From positions 132,680,001 through 132,744,000 of the forward strand of contig JBNRSN020000010.1 of the NCBI GenBank assembly GCA_051313645.2: a DNA stretch of 64,000 nucleotides. Reading direction: 5' to 3'. The position numbers were made by a program, and so were the translations under genes. Of this stretch, positions 13,031 through 25,983 are shown piece after piece. Origin of the DNA: Centroscyllium fabricii (taxonomy: Eukaryota). Below the pieces are notes generated by a model, which saw only the letters and a program-made list of their open reading frames with translations, was not told the origin of the DNA and searched no databases. Numbering within the stretch: position 1 is the first letter of the stretch; each line of letters starts with the position of its first letter.

Positions 13031-15129
13031 CTGCTGAGCTGGGGGTAACCCCCATTCCATCCATATGTCTTTTTTCAGCTGTCACATTTATGTTAAAGTA
13101 ACAATATTCTATATTTTGTTGTTCATCAGAAAAATATTACAAAATGATATCTTCCAGCCTATCTAAGTTTTTAAATTACCAGTATTTCACAAAAGCGTGT
13201 TAAAGTATATGTTTTACATTGTTTGATCTGTATAACAGTACTTATTGCACTCTTATACAGTAGAAATGCTGACAGTTTAGTTTAGAAGATATTAAATTTA
13301 TAGAAAAGATAGCTCTACGCATTGTTTTCAATTCGCTTTAATAAATATATTGTTTATTTTAATTTTAATATTAACATGGGATGTTGTTACTTGAGAAAAA
13401 TGTGACTATGCATGCTAACTAGATAAGACAACTATTAAAAAGTATATTAGAATAGCCAAAGAAAATAAGTATTTTGTTAGTACGGTATAATATACTTTAA
13501 AATAAGCAAATTATGATTTCATTACTTTCTAATGACTTGCATTGTCCTCTATTATAGATTTTCTTTATGGCTATTTGTTTCCTTATGGGAAAAAATTGTT
13601 TAACAATCTGCTAATCTAAGAAAAATCCTGTTCGACATTAATTTGATTTATTTATAAAATCCAATTTCCTTTGTTAGGACTATCACCTTGTGGAATTCTG
13701 TGGTTCAAAAATAGTATTTATATTGCCGCAACAATCACTTACACAATAAAGCTGATCAGTTTAAGCAGTTATTATCTGGTATTTTTCTATCTGTAGTGAA
13801 GCCATACATATATATTGCGATCAGACATGGCAATAGAAGCACATTTTCTATAGTGATTACATGCATCTTAAAGACTTGCTGCTCTGGTGTTTATAATTAT
13901 GCTCTCTGTCTGGTTGATTATCAGGCATACATTTTTGACTGTACATTGCCCCAGTTATAAGACAGGTGGAATGAGGGGACATCTGTCGGAATATTGAATG
14001 CAGTGCTTCTTCCCATCTGTTGTAAAGTTAGTGACGACTCTGCTTGGCGTCAGTTATCCTTCTCAACACACAACTAGGGTGCCATATGCCCTAAATGTTG
14101 CACGTGCCACCCAGATGAATGGTCTGCCTCCCCTCTCAGCTTGAGCACCTGCACCACAACAAGGGGCGAGTGAGGAAATTGACGGCTGGGCACGTGCTGG
14201 GCACAGCAGGTGACATTCAATACAACCACAGAGGCCTGTTGAATAAGCCAATAGCAGAGCAAACTGGCCGAGTGGAGCACGCTGCCAATCAAATGTACCA
14301 GGGTCCACCTTACTGGCTCACGAGTGAGAAGATTTACAGAACATGTCGGTTCATCATTTCTAATCCTGTCTTAGCCCAGCATGGCTTAGTGAGAGTTTCT
14401 GTGACAGACAATGAATACCTGACAGCTGGGAGCTCCTCGTGTAAACATGGGCTGCAGATCACTCATAATTAAAAAATATTGTTTGAAAAACTAATTAATT
14501 TTCTGTATTTGACCTTTTCTCTGAACCATTACAAATGTACTGTACCACTAACTATAATTAAAATATTAAATACATACAATCATTGAAGAAATATTAGTTC
14601 TTTTTCAAATTTTACATTTTATCAGAGCTTCGCTACTTTGTCACAAAGCTTGTAGGAAATTGATTACAGTATCAAAATCCTTTAAACGAGTAGTTGGTGA
14701 TTAAACCACATAAGTACACTTAATAGTAAAACTAAAAGACTAGTTAAACTTTTAATGACAGTTTGCACTGATATTAAAATTCTCGTAATCTTTGCAGTCA
14801 AGCAGTTCCCTGGCTGCTGTTGTGTTGTGAAAGCTAAATTAAACTGCAAACTTTTGGTCAGGAACTTGGACTCAGTTGCTGCATATTTGGCTCATTATGA
14901 GTGGCCACAAATTATATATCCACAAATTATTTCCCCAAAGCAATCTGTAGCTTGACAGGCATCAATGATAGTTATAATAGTACCTTTTGTTACTGAAAAG
15001 TGACATGTCTGCAGAACCACAATGAAAAAAATCAAGGCTACTTTAAGAGGTATTCGTACTTATACAAGCATCTAAAATGTACCTAATCCTAAACCCCTCA
15101 CGATGTTGGCAGTTCACAAATATTCGAGC

Positions 15130-15630
15130 AACAATTTTAACTTGAGGTGCAAAGTGTACATGCAGAGGGTGGGGGTGTTGGCCCGTGCACCAAGCCCCCA
15201 TGATGATTTTGGCATCAGACCCTGCCCATTTTAATTCTCGGGACTCATTTTAATAAGATTGACAGACAGGCCTCCCAATCGCGTGACAATTCTGTTAGCC
15301 CGCCCATATCACGCGCACAATTTCCAACGCGAATCCTGACTCTACTTAAAGCAAGGTTGCATTCCCTTCCTGCATTTATCAATGGACAGATGTGGAACAC
15401 ATTTTCAGGCGGCAGAGGAGTTTGCTCCTCCCCCCACACATTTCTGATGCCTCCTGGACGTCCTAGTGGAGGAAGTGAGGACAAGGAGGGAGCAACTTTT
15501 TACAAAGGCGTCTCCAAGGCCACCATGAAGCAGGCCTGGACAGAGGTATCTGCAAGGGGCAGTGCCACCAGCAACACCCCCAGGGCCAGGAAGTAAAATA
15601 CTCATTTAGTACCTCAGCCATGCACTCTGC
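15130..15630 (+). mobile_element. Harbinger relic (5' part of the Myb/SANT gene)
   Basis: Degenerate FSDA...VEEVR and KQAWTEVSA motifs followed by a GTAA donor-like site. Confidence 0.5.
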
Positions 15631-15639
15631 CTCCACAAG

Positions 15640-17910
15640 AAAATCTAATGTTTGGTCCCTAATCGGCCCTACCCTTCCTTTGTATGCCCTTTTACTATTT
15701 ATATGTTTTGAAAAGACATTTGGGGTCCCTTTTTAGTTACCCACTAATCTATTTTCATGCACTTTCTTTGCCCCTCTTATTTCCTTTTTCAGTTCTCCTC
15801 TGTACTTTTCATATTCAGCTTGATCCTCCAACTGTACTATGAACCCAACATTTATCATAAGCCTCCTTTCTTTGTTTCATTTGAATGTCTCTCGCTGTAG
15901 TCGTGCAGGGAGCTCCAGCTTTGGGTGTCCTTCCTTTCCCCCTCCTGGGAATGTGTCCAGTCCATACCTAAACTACCTCGTTGAAGGGGAGCCATTGCTC
16001 ATTTACTGTTTTAATTGCCAATCTTTGATTCCAATCCACCTGGGCCAGATCCCTTTTTAATTCAATTAAATTAGCACTCGTCCAGTTGAGTATTTTCACA
16101 TTAGATTTTTCCTTGTCCTTTTCCATATCTGCTCTAACCGTAATGATATTGTGATCACTGTTTCCCAAATGCTCCCAGATTTAATTCCCCAGAACTAGAT
16201 CCAACATTGCTTCCTTGCTCATTGGGCTGGAAACATACTGATCAAAGAAGTTCTCTTGTACATATTTCAGGAATTCCTCCCCCTCTTTACCCTTTGCACT
16301 GTTACTATCCTAGTCTATATCAGGATAATTGAAGTCCCCCATTATCACGACTCTAAAGTTCTCGCATCTTTCTACAATTTGCTTGAAAATTTGTTCCTCT
16401 ATTTTCTTGCCACTAGTTGGTGACCTATAGTATAGGCCCAGCGGTGTATTGGTCCTCTATTGTTCCTTAATTATAACCAAATAAATTCTGTCTTTGAACC
16501 CTCAAGTACATCATCCCTTCTAGTGTTGTAACAGTATCATTGATCAATATTGCCACCATCACCCCCCACCCCCGCTCCTTTGTCTCCTTCCCTGAATACA
16601 TTGTAGGCAGAAATATTAAGTGCCCATGCCTCCTCTTGTTTGATCCAAGTCTCCGTTAATGGCACTATGTCATAATTCCATGTGGCAACTTGTGCTTGCA
16701 GCTCACCAACTTCATTTACCACACTCCGTGCATTTGCGCACATAGGGGGGGGATTTTGCCGGAAGTGCGGGAACCTGGCGGGGATTGGTCGGGGCGGGTT
16801 CCTGTCCCACCTGCCCAAAGACCTGGGAACCCTATGCAATTTTCATGTAATTGAGTTATTAAAACCCCGCCAGTGGCACCCAGTGCTAATTGACTCAATC
16901 GAGTCGGGGCTCCAGCAGGGATCGAGCAGCTTGATTGACAGTTCCAGCACTGGTTGTTGAGAGTTCCCATGGAAACACGCCACTGTGACATCACAGTCGA
17001 GTGGAAACAATGGGAAAGGTCAAGTGCTGGTGACTGACAGGTGGGCGGGCGGGATCCGAATCCTTGACAGCTCGGCACTGGCTGTGAGGAAATGTGCAAA
17101 GCTGAGATTTCTCCGTTTTTGCCCACAGCTGGTGCACCCACCATGGAGTGACTTACTCCTCTAAGGTGCTGGAGGCATGCCAAGCATTTTGCAGCATGTC
17201 CTTTAACACCTTGAAGGAGAAAGTAATGAACAGCACTGTGCTCCCGCTGGGTGAAACCCAGCGGGGTTTTAGGCTGGCGGGGTTAGGGTGGGAATGGCAT
17301 GAAAATTCGGAAGGGCCCTTAAAATGGCATTAAGGTTTCGGGGCGGGGAATCAGGGTGGGGGAAAATGTTAAAGCGGCGGGGATCCGGCTGAGGGGGGGG
17401 TGGGTTGCGACCCACTGGTTCCGCTATTTTGCCGGCCGACCCGCCAAAAACCCCGCCTCACGGGGACATGAAAATCGCCCCCATAAACTCTAAACCCATC
17501 TTAGTCTGCCACACATTTCCTGTGTCAGATCTCTCCTATTTCTGAATTACTCTTCATTCTAATGCTGTTTACCGCTCCCAAACCTCTGTGCACCTTGTAT
17601 CTTCTCTTTAATGCTTCATCATGCTGCCCTTCTCCCTGCCAAATTAGTTTAAACCCTCTCCCACAGCACTTGTTAACCTTCCCGTGATGACATCAGACCC
17701 AGTCCTGTTGAGGTGGAACCCATCCATCTTGTACAAGTCCCTCCTGTCCCAGAACTGGTCCCAATGCCCCAGGAATTGGGAGCCCTCCCTCCTACACCAT
17801 TTCTCCAGCCACGCGTTAACCTTTCTTATCTTACTGCTCCTATGCTCACTCACATGTGGCACGGAGAGTAATCCAAAGATTACTACCTTTGAGGTCCTGT
17901 TCTTTTCAAC
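15640..17910 (-). mobile_element. CR1 LINE ORF1 (SGNH esterase) plus ORF2 endonuclease fragment, interrupted by a MITE
   Basis: NAWLEKWCRREG...DLYKMDGFHLNRTG (ORF1); NARSVVN...YDIV..TETW and GNSDHNII (endonuclease). Confidence 0.8.
16745..17482 (-). mobile_element. About 770-bp MITE family, copy 2 (inverted)
   Basis: Reverse complement of the 9487 and 17924 copies; ATA on both flanks. Confidence 0.8.
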
Positions 17911-17923
17911 AGACAGTAACTTA

Positions 17924-18703
17924 GGGGGGGATTTTCATGTCCCCGTGAGGCGGGGTTTCCGGTGGCCCGGCCGGCAAAATAGCGCAACCGGCAGGTCCCG
18001 CCCCACCCCCCCCCCCCCCCCCCCCCGTATCCCCGCCGCTTTCTCATTTTCCCCCGCCCCGAAACCTTCCCGCCGCCAGCCGGCGGGGATGGGTTGTCAC
18101 CTCATTAAGGGCCCTTAATTGGCATCTTTAATGCCATTTTAAGGGCCCTCAGCCATTTTGCCCTGTTTCCCGCCCTAACCCCGCTACCCTAAACCTCACC
18201 CAGCGGGAGCACAGTGCTGCTTATTACTTTCTCCTTCAAGGTGTTGAAGGACATGCTGCCAAATGCTTGGCATGCCTCCAGCACCTTAGAGGAGTAAGTA
18301 ACTCCACTGTGGCTGCAACAGGTGTGAGCAGAAACTGAGAAAACTCAGCTCTGAACATTTCCTCACAGCCGGTGCGAGCTGTCAAGAATTCTGAGCCTGC
18401 CCGCCCACCTGTCAGTCACCAGCACTTGACCGTTCCCATTGGTTTCACTCCACTGTGATGTCACAGTGGAGTGTTTCCATGGGAACTGTCAACAACCAGT
18501 GCTGGAACTGTCAATCAAGCTGCTCGCAGCCCCGATGCAGCCTGACTCGATTGACCTAATTACCTCCCGTTGCCGCCGGCGTGGATTTAACAACCTAATT
18601 AAACTAAAATTGCGTGGCCTTCCCAGCTGTTTGGGCGGGCAGGGCCGGAGGCGGCCCAGACCAATCCCCGCCAGGTTCCCGCCCTTCCGGCAAAATCCCC
18701 CCC
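17924..18703 (+). mobile_element. About 770-bp MITE family, copy 3
   Basis: GGGGGGGATTTTC ... CAAAATCCCCCCC termini; similar to copy 1. Confidence 0.8.
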
Positions 18704-19284
18704 AAACTTTCCCTCCTTCTTTCTGTAGGACAAGCCTGTGCATAAAGTCATGCATAGGAGCAAGATTGGAAGAGGAATACCCAACATTATAGCCCTCACC
18801 CAAACAAAACTAGAAGCCCTGGAAATAATTGGCCTAGGCCAATTCATGAGTATCAGGGAAGGAGAGGCTGGTGGCTTATCTGAACATGGTGTCTGCAAAT
18901 TACTTGTATCCATTCATACATCTCCGGAAAGCTGGAGATCCTTCACAGCTTCAAGCTGCTTTCTCTAGTCTCTGACCTGCATATGCCCAGCTTCGATCTA
19001 CCAGCCTAACTCTTGTCTCCCTTTTCTCTGTCTTCTCAGCAGCAGGAGGCTCCTGCACAGGAAGACATCTCAGAGTGGGACAATCCTCCTGAAGAGGCAC
19101 CGTCACGCACTCCATTCCTCCCAGGCACCAGTTCAGACAATGGCACTCAGCATAGGGTAGATAGTGAGCTAAAGGTGTCTGCATGTGGTGAAACACCCAG
19201 CATCAGTGGGCAGCAGCAGTTACTGGTGGCAGGGATAGCCCACGAGAAAGCTCGCCAGAAGTTGAGGCCCTCTTCCAGCTCTTA

Positions 19285-19960
19285 ACAACATAAGAACATA
19301 AGGAGTAGGGGTAGGCCATTCGCCCCTTCGAGCCTACTCCGCCATTCAATAAGATCATGGCTGATCTTTTACCTCAACTCCACCTTCCTGCACTATCCCC
19401 ATATCCTTTGGGGCCCTTAGCATCCAAAAGTCTGTTGATCTCTGTCTTGAATATACTCAACGACTGAGCACCCACAGCACTCTGGGGTACAGAATTCCAA
19501 AGATTCACCACCCTCTGTGTGAAGATATTTCTCTTCATCTCAGTCCTAAATGGCCAAACCCTTATTCTGAGGTTGTGACCCCTGGTTCTAGACTCCCCAG
19601 CCAGGAGAAACATCCTCCCTGCATCTACCCTGTCATGCCCTTTAAGAATGTTATGTTTCAATATCTAGGGAATATAGGCCTAGTCTACTCAATTTCTCCT
19701 CATCAGGCAATACCCTCATCCCAGGAATCAGTCTAGTAAACCTTTGTTGCACTCCCTCTAAGGCAAGTATATCCTTCCTTAGGTAAGGAGACCAGAACTG
19801 TACACAGTGCTCCAAGTGTTGTCTCACCAAGGCCCTGTATAATTGTAGTAAGACTTCTTTACCCCTATTCTCCAATCCCTTTGTAATAAAAGCTTACATA
19901 CTATTTGCATTCCTAATTGCTTGCTGTACCTGCATGTTAACTTTCTCTGATTCATGTACA
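19285..19960 (-). mobile_element. CR1 LINE 3' end
   Basis: LYRALVRQHLEHCVQFWSP and RTRGHNLRI motifs; CATAAGAA tail. Confidence 0.85.
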
Positions 19961-21837
19961 AAGATTTACTAAGGACGACAGAGTTGAGGACTTCATGGGC
20001 CCAGCACATTTGAGGAAAACTACTTTTGTGAGGGCCCAGCAGCAGCGTCCCTGGAGGTGACCACACTCTTCATGGTTGACTATATAGAGTGGTAATGCCC
20101 CGAGAGATGACACCACACAGGCTGGAAGTGCACTCCTCCATATTCTCGGCCATGGTACTGAAACTCCTTAGCACAGAGTCTTTGAAGGGATCACTCATCT
20201 TCTGCAGTCTGCTCCCCTGCAGATCAGTGGAAGTGCAGTCAATGGCGGCCTGCCCGCAAAGGAAGTCAGCCACTGCAGCAAATCCCAGAGCTCTCCCCTG
20301 CTGAGGGCAATGGGGAAGGAGATGTACTGCCCTGACCTGGTGAACATGGCGTCAGTCACTTCAGACTGTGCTACGCAGCTGATGTCCTCTGTAGCAGCCT
20401 GAAAGGATCCAGTGTCGAATAAAATTAAGGACTGTGGTGATTTTGAGAGCCACAGGCAAAGCCTGTCTCCCAGCAGGCAACAGGTCCTGTTCAACAGCCT
20501 GGCTGGTGAAGCCCAGCGTCCTCATGCACAGCTATTCAGATAGGCCCAAACTGGTTTCTCTTGGCCTGTAGGCCCCATGTGCTGGATGTGGCCTCCTACG
20601 AACTGCTCCCCCTTCACCTGCTGTTTTCTGAGAGACCCACCTGTGCTGCTGCTCTTCCTCCAAATGTTCCTCCATCCAGAATCGAGAGGCCAGAATAGCC
20701 TTCAAAATAAGTGGGTAAAGCTTACTGAGGGTGATAAGGGCAGAAAATAGTGAGGAGAAAAAAAAGCGATCCGTAAGCTGGAAAATCTCCTGGCAAACCA
20801 GACTACACAAAGGTTCTCTGACCCAACAGCTGCAACTGAGAGCCTCTGTTTTTACACCTTCAGGAAAGCCCGCACACCAATCCTGCCAGATTTTGCTGGC
20901 AGGTCTGGGGCCGGGCAAGGATTCATCGATGTTAGGTTAGCATGGTGTGTGGGTCCCTATAACATCATCGGAGCATGACATTTTAATTAGGAACCCACTT
21001 TCCTGGGGCAGACACCTGTTCTGAATGGAAACATTTGCCAATTAAAATTATGACTGGTGTGAATGGTTTGGGAAGGGTGAAATGCAATTTTAAAACCCCG
21101 CACAGGCCAATCCCGCTTGGTGGGCTGAGTTAAATCGGGGCTTTAGTCTACATAATGGGGCTATTTGTGAATCTTAGCCTATCAATAGCTGTGAGTGAAC
21201 AGTTGTGGAATGTCAGGAGAAAGCAGCAATAGATTCATTGCCATGTTTATTTTGCTTCTGAGCATTGCTATCCCTCAGAAACAGTAACAACAAATTCGAG
21301 AAAAATGTTTTCTTTAAAATAGCCAATTTAAGTTGTCAAGGGGGTAAATTTCTATAAGGTTTCTGCTACTTGCCCGTTGTGATGTTGACAGATGAGCCAC
21401 AGAAATCCTGGCAAAATAGTGTAAATGGCATTGTCACCCTTTTTCTCGGGTTTCCATGGCTCTTCCACCAAAGGTATGGTTATTGAGTGAAAAAACCCCC
21501 GCAGCATTCCATGGCCAGGAAATATATGGATAATAAAATGGAAAGGTTGTGAGTAGCAAGGAGGCAGTGAATCTTAAAAGGAGCATGGATGTAACTGGAA
21601 ATGTCAAACATATCATAGAAGAGAAGGAAGAGGGCGAGATCTGGCAAGACGTTGGACAGTGGCTCATGAGATATTACCCCAGCCAACAGGCCGACTGCAA
21701 TAGAGTCAACTTCATGGTCACAATGGAGTAGCACTCCATCAGGAGGTTCAGGTTCACCAATGAGGCTGTGACTGGTGTGCCATTTGGTCTGCAGAAGCCT
21801 TGCAGGACTAATCAACACCTGTACTCCACTATCAGTA

Positions 21838-22192
21838 CAGGTACACAATCCATTTTCCGAAACCCTTGGGACCGGACGGGTCTCCGATTTCAGGATTTTT
21901 CGGTTTTCGGATGGTGCCCAGTGCGCATGCGCAGATCACATGCGCATGCGCATTGCCGCATTGGCGGCCCAGTGCGCAGGCTGAAACGGTAGGAGATTGT
22001 GGGCTCGGGGAGGAATTGGACCCATGGGTCCATTTTTTCACATTGGTAAGCTCTACTTTCTTGTTAATTTTACTTTTATCACTGGATTATATTGAATTGG
22101 CTTTCAAAACGGGTCAGTTTTGGCGCAACTCGGGTTTTCGGTTTTTGGAGCTTTTCGGTTTTCGGATGTGCGGTTAAGAGATTGTGTACCTG
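21838..22192. mobile_element. Tc1/mariner-pogo (Tigger-like) MITE
   Basis: TA|CAGGTACACAATC ... GATTGTGTACCTG|TA; subterminal GGTTTTCGG repeats. Confidence 0.85.
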
Positions 22193-22745
22193 TAGTAGTA
22201 AACTTCATCAATGCCCTCAACTTTTGAGTGTCCACAGGGGACTTATTCAGAAGTGACCATCTTGCCATTCTTTTAAGGAGGTAACAGTCACCACACTCCC
22301 TACTACATCAACTGTGAGGTCCAATAATGATGTTCTGTTCCTGAATGCCCACATACTATAATGCCTCCTTTGACCTCTTCTTGTAACCTGTGCAGATCTT
22401 TGTGGCCTTCCTGGCTGCTGGCCCTCCTCCTGATTTGAGAGCCACAATAGTAAGCCCAGCAGTGTTCCCAAATTGAGTAATTCAGAACAAGAAGATTCTG
22501 TCAAACAGTTCTTGCCCTTCACAAGATCACTCTGCAAAAGTATTAAACAGAAACGCTGCCAAAACAGCCAAAAATATGGCTGAATAGTACTTTAGCAGCT
22601 TAAATGACCAAGTAAAGACTTGCCTTGATGGAGGTGAGGATCCCTTTAAATATCACTCATAATATCTGCTTACTGATTGTCCCCAGCATGATTTGCTAGG
22701 CGGGTTAATGAAGTGATGTTCCAGCCACGCACAGTCATCAATTTA

Positions 22746-23148
22746 ACATAGAAACATAGAAACATAGAAACTAGGAGCAGGAATAGGCCATTCGGCCCTT
22801 CCAGCCTGCTCCGCCATTCACTGAGATCATGGCTGATCATCCAAACCCAGCACCCCGCCCCTGCCCTCTCCCCATATCCCTATCGAGCCTGCACCGACAC
22901 ATATCCCACCCTATCCCCGTAACCCCACATATTCAATCCCCCTAACACTAAGGGTCAATTTACCATGGCCAATCAACCTAACCCGCACATCTTTGGACTG
23001 TGGGAGGAAACCGGAGCACCCGGAGGAAACCCACGCAGACACGGGGAGAATGTGCAAACTCCACACAGATAGTACCCAAGGCTGGATTTGAACCCGGGTC
23101 TCCAGTGCTGTGAGGCAACAGTGCTAACCACTATGCCACCGTGCCGCC
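22746..23148 (-). mobile_element. tRNA-derived V-SINE (HE1-like) with a CR1/HER1-type 3' tail
   Basis: Minus strand has an A-box-like TAGTGGTTAGCAC, a B box GGTTCAAATCC, a V-domain-like GTGTGGAGTTTGCACATTCTCCCCGTG and a TTCTATGT tail. Confidence 0.85.
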
Positions 23149-23239
23149 CAATCAGACAATGCTGGAAAAACTGGAATAACAACAGAAAATGCTGGAAAAA
23201 CTCAGCAGGCCAGGCAGCATCGGTGGAGAGAGAAACAGG

Positions 23240-23275
23240 GTTGATGTTTCAGGTCGATGACCTTTCTTCAGAACT
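23240..23275 (-). ncRNA. Minimal hammerhead ribozyme motif (mirror copy)
   Basis: Minus strand AGTT-CTGAAGA-A-AGGTCATCGACCT-GAAAC-ATC-AAC. Confidence 0.5.
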
Positions 23276-23277
23276 TC

Positions 23278-23314
23278 AGTTCTGAAGAAAGGTCATCGAC
23301 CTGAAACGTTAACT
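23278..23314 (+). ncRNA. Minimal type I hammerhead ribozyme motif
   Basis: AGTT-CTGAAGA-A-AGGTC-ATC-GACCT-GAAAC-GTT-AACT: core CUGANGA/GAAA, 5-bp stem II, AGTT/AACT stem I, GUU cleavage triplet. Confidence 0.6.
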
Positions 23315-25331
23315 CTGTTTCTCTCTCCACCGATGCTGCCTGGCCTGCTGAGTTTTTCCAGCGTTTTCTGTTGTTATTTTGGATTTCCAGCATCCGCAGT
23401 ATTTTGTTATCAATTTAACAAAAGGGCCCTGATTCAAGTGCAGGATCCTTATTATCATATTTAAATGATGCCTGCGCTTGGTGCCGGTGGTCACCTATTG
23501 AGTGCCTGAACCAAAGTGGTGTTGCTCGCTCTTCCAGCTGTATTTTGACTTTGTCACATCCATTTTGGAACACAAACTCGTGCCCGCAATCTCTCTCCCT
23601 ACATTTTTACTGGCTTACAGTATTATTTCAATGACTCGGATCATCCTTAAAACCATTTTCCTAGGACCATTCGACTCTGTACTGTTTTTGCCACGTAGAT
23701 GACCATGGCAATCGAACAATATGGGGATAAGTATTTTCTTTTAAGTATCACCCCTTAAGAAAATCTCTTTGATAGCACCGAGAATTGAAGTGCCATTTAA
23801 ATCCACGCTAAAACCAGAATGCCAACAATCAGACAGACATTCCAGGAACTGGAAAAGCCTTATCAGTTAAAGATAGAAACCATTGAAGAAAACACCATGA
23901 TATTTTGGTTTTCATTTGGAATAACGTATCATTTAAAAATAAAAATCCATTAGGACTTTTAAAAGCTTTACAGAAATGTTGATATTTCAAGCTTATCATC
24001 TCTGTGTACATTATCATGAGATCTTGTAATATGAGAAAGCTTCAAGGAGTTGTCAATGCTCTGCAGAGAACATTACCAGCAACGGGTTTGACAAGAATTG
24101 TATTATTGAAAATGTAGAAGCTGCTTAGTCTGAAATATGAATTTTTGGTTTAAAAACTAGATGCCCTGTTTTTTTTTTTCCTGTCTTAATGAGTTGACTT
24201 GTATAAAAATCAATCATAACTTAAATTGTTACTGCTAATATAGCCCTAGTTTTAGCGTGTAATGGAGTACCCATGTGACAATATTCCAATCATGTTTGTC
24301 AAGTATGAACATCCAGCCTGGGATAAAGATGTCGGTACCTTAGCGCCTCCAGTTAGCACCTGGTAGGAGCGCTAACAGGGCGCTGAGGCAGTAGCGTGCG
24401 GTGAGGCGAATCCAGCACCCCACGCCAAATTCAGCCCCCCCCATAGCGCCGCCGCTACGAGTTAGTGCCGGGGACCTCAGCGTCAGCAGATCGTGATGTC
24501 AGCGAGTGTGCAACGCTCACTGGGTGCCCAATCTGCCAAATTGAATATCGCCCCCTACCTTAGCACCTGATCTCGACAGCGACAGGGAGAGGAGGCATCA
24601 AGCAGGTGGATGCCAGGGATGCTACTTAAAGGGATCATGAGTAATGAGTCGCAGCTCTAAGGTTAGTGCTGTTTTACTGCTTCCTTGTCAGTTTGAGCTA
24701 GTTCAAGAGTTTCATTCAGTCATTCAAAGGTTGTTTAGTCTCCGGAGTGTTGCGACTTCTAAAAGTTAGTTACAATTATTCTCACAAATTATCAAAGTGC
24801 TGCACTCCCTTACATTAATGGGGGCTGTACTGGCAGTCGACCTCGCCCTCCAGGATCTACAGTGGAGGGAGTGCAGGCATTGAGAAAGATTGAAGTGAAT
24901 TAATAAATTTATCAATAATCAGTGAACACATCTTTACAACAACAATATTTACTATTCACCCTTGTGCAATCCCTTAAGGCCCTGTCACACCTTGACGTTT
25001 TAGCCAGCGTATGCAAATTTGGCTAAAACGCTGAACTTTCGACCTTTTTTTCAGTTTTGGGCGTATAATAGCGTATTCATAACATATTGGACGTATGCAT
25101 AACGTATTAGTAACGTACACAGAACGTATCGATAACTTTATACCAACTTATACCAACGAATGCTTAGCGTTTTGCCGACGATCACGTGGCGTAGCCTATT
25201 CAAAGGCTGTTATTGGACGATTCAAATCATACCACTAGACATTTAAGTGCAGCTCCACCCACCCAAACTGATTCCAGTTCTACATCAAAATCTGCTTTGA
25301 CAAGTCTGTTCTTTTGCCAAGTCTCTACAAC

Positions 25332-25871
25332 ATGCCTAGGAAAAGTTCCAAGAATGCTGCCAGGAAGTCTCCTGGCCGTGGCCGTGGGCGCGGACGCATG
25401 GAGGATCCATCACCCACACCCTTCCCATCACGCTCACCCTCTGACGGAGAGGATGCTGGTTCCAATGCCTCTCGGGCATCGTCGGTGGCTGCGTCCGTGG
25501 CCTCCACCTCCTCTCAGCCAACCCTTGCGAAGAAGAGGGCCAAGAAGACACAGTTTTGTCTTTCTGTTGAAGAGGAGCAGCTGATGTGCGATTTCCTTTT
25601 CGAGAACGCCATCCTCTGGGACATTAAAAAGACAGACTACCGGAGGGTGGACAAGAAGGGAAAGCTCTGGGAGGATCAGGCAAAGGACATGGGGAAGACT
25701 GTGGAGCACCTTCAAGGGTGGTTCAAGTCCCTGCGAGACACCCACACCCGTCTCCACAAGAAGAAGAGCGGTGATGGCGCCCCGGAACTGACAGAGAGGG
25801 AGCAGTGGGTGAAGGCAAAGTTCGGCTTCCTCAGGACTGTGGTCCGCCATCGTGCTGAGCCCGTCCACAGT
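25332..25871 (+). CDS. MADF (Myb/SANT-like) DNA-binding protein, exon 1
   Basis: ATG at 25332; EEEQLMCDFLFENAILWDIKKTDYRRVDKKGKLWEDQA...WFKSLRD...W...FGFL; phase-0 donor AGT|GTAAGT. Confidence 0.85.
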
Positions 25872-25983
25872 GTAAGTATAAACACATATTAATATCCATA
25901 ATAATATTTATTTATATTAGTTTTACTGTACTTTGCCTCGTATTTTTGCATTGTATTTTACTAATCAATTGTCATAATTGCAG

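Larger units (their letters stand above)
23157..23410. repeat. Penelope-type fold-back palindrome (about 100-bp arms)
   Basis: Near-perfect inverted repeat centred near 23276. Confidence 0.8.

Noticed and set aside
23085-23148. Functional tRNA gene (also 36355-36417)
   Set aside because: The Pol III boxes are SINE heads followed by a SINE body and tail.
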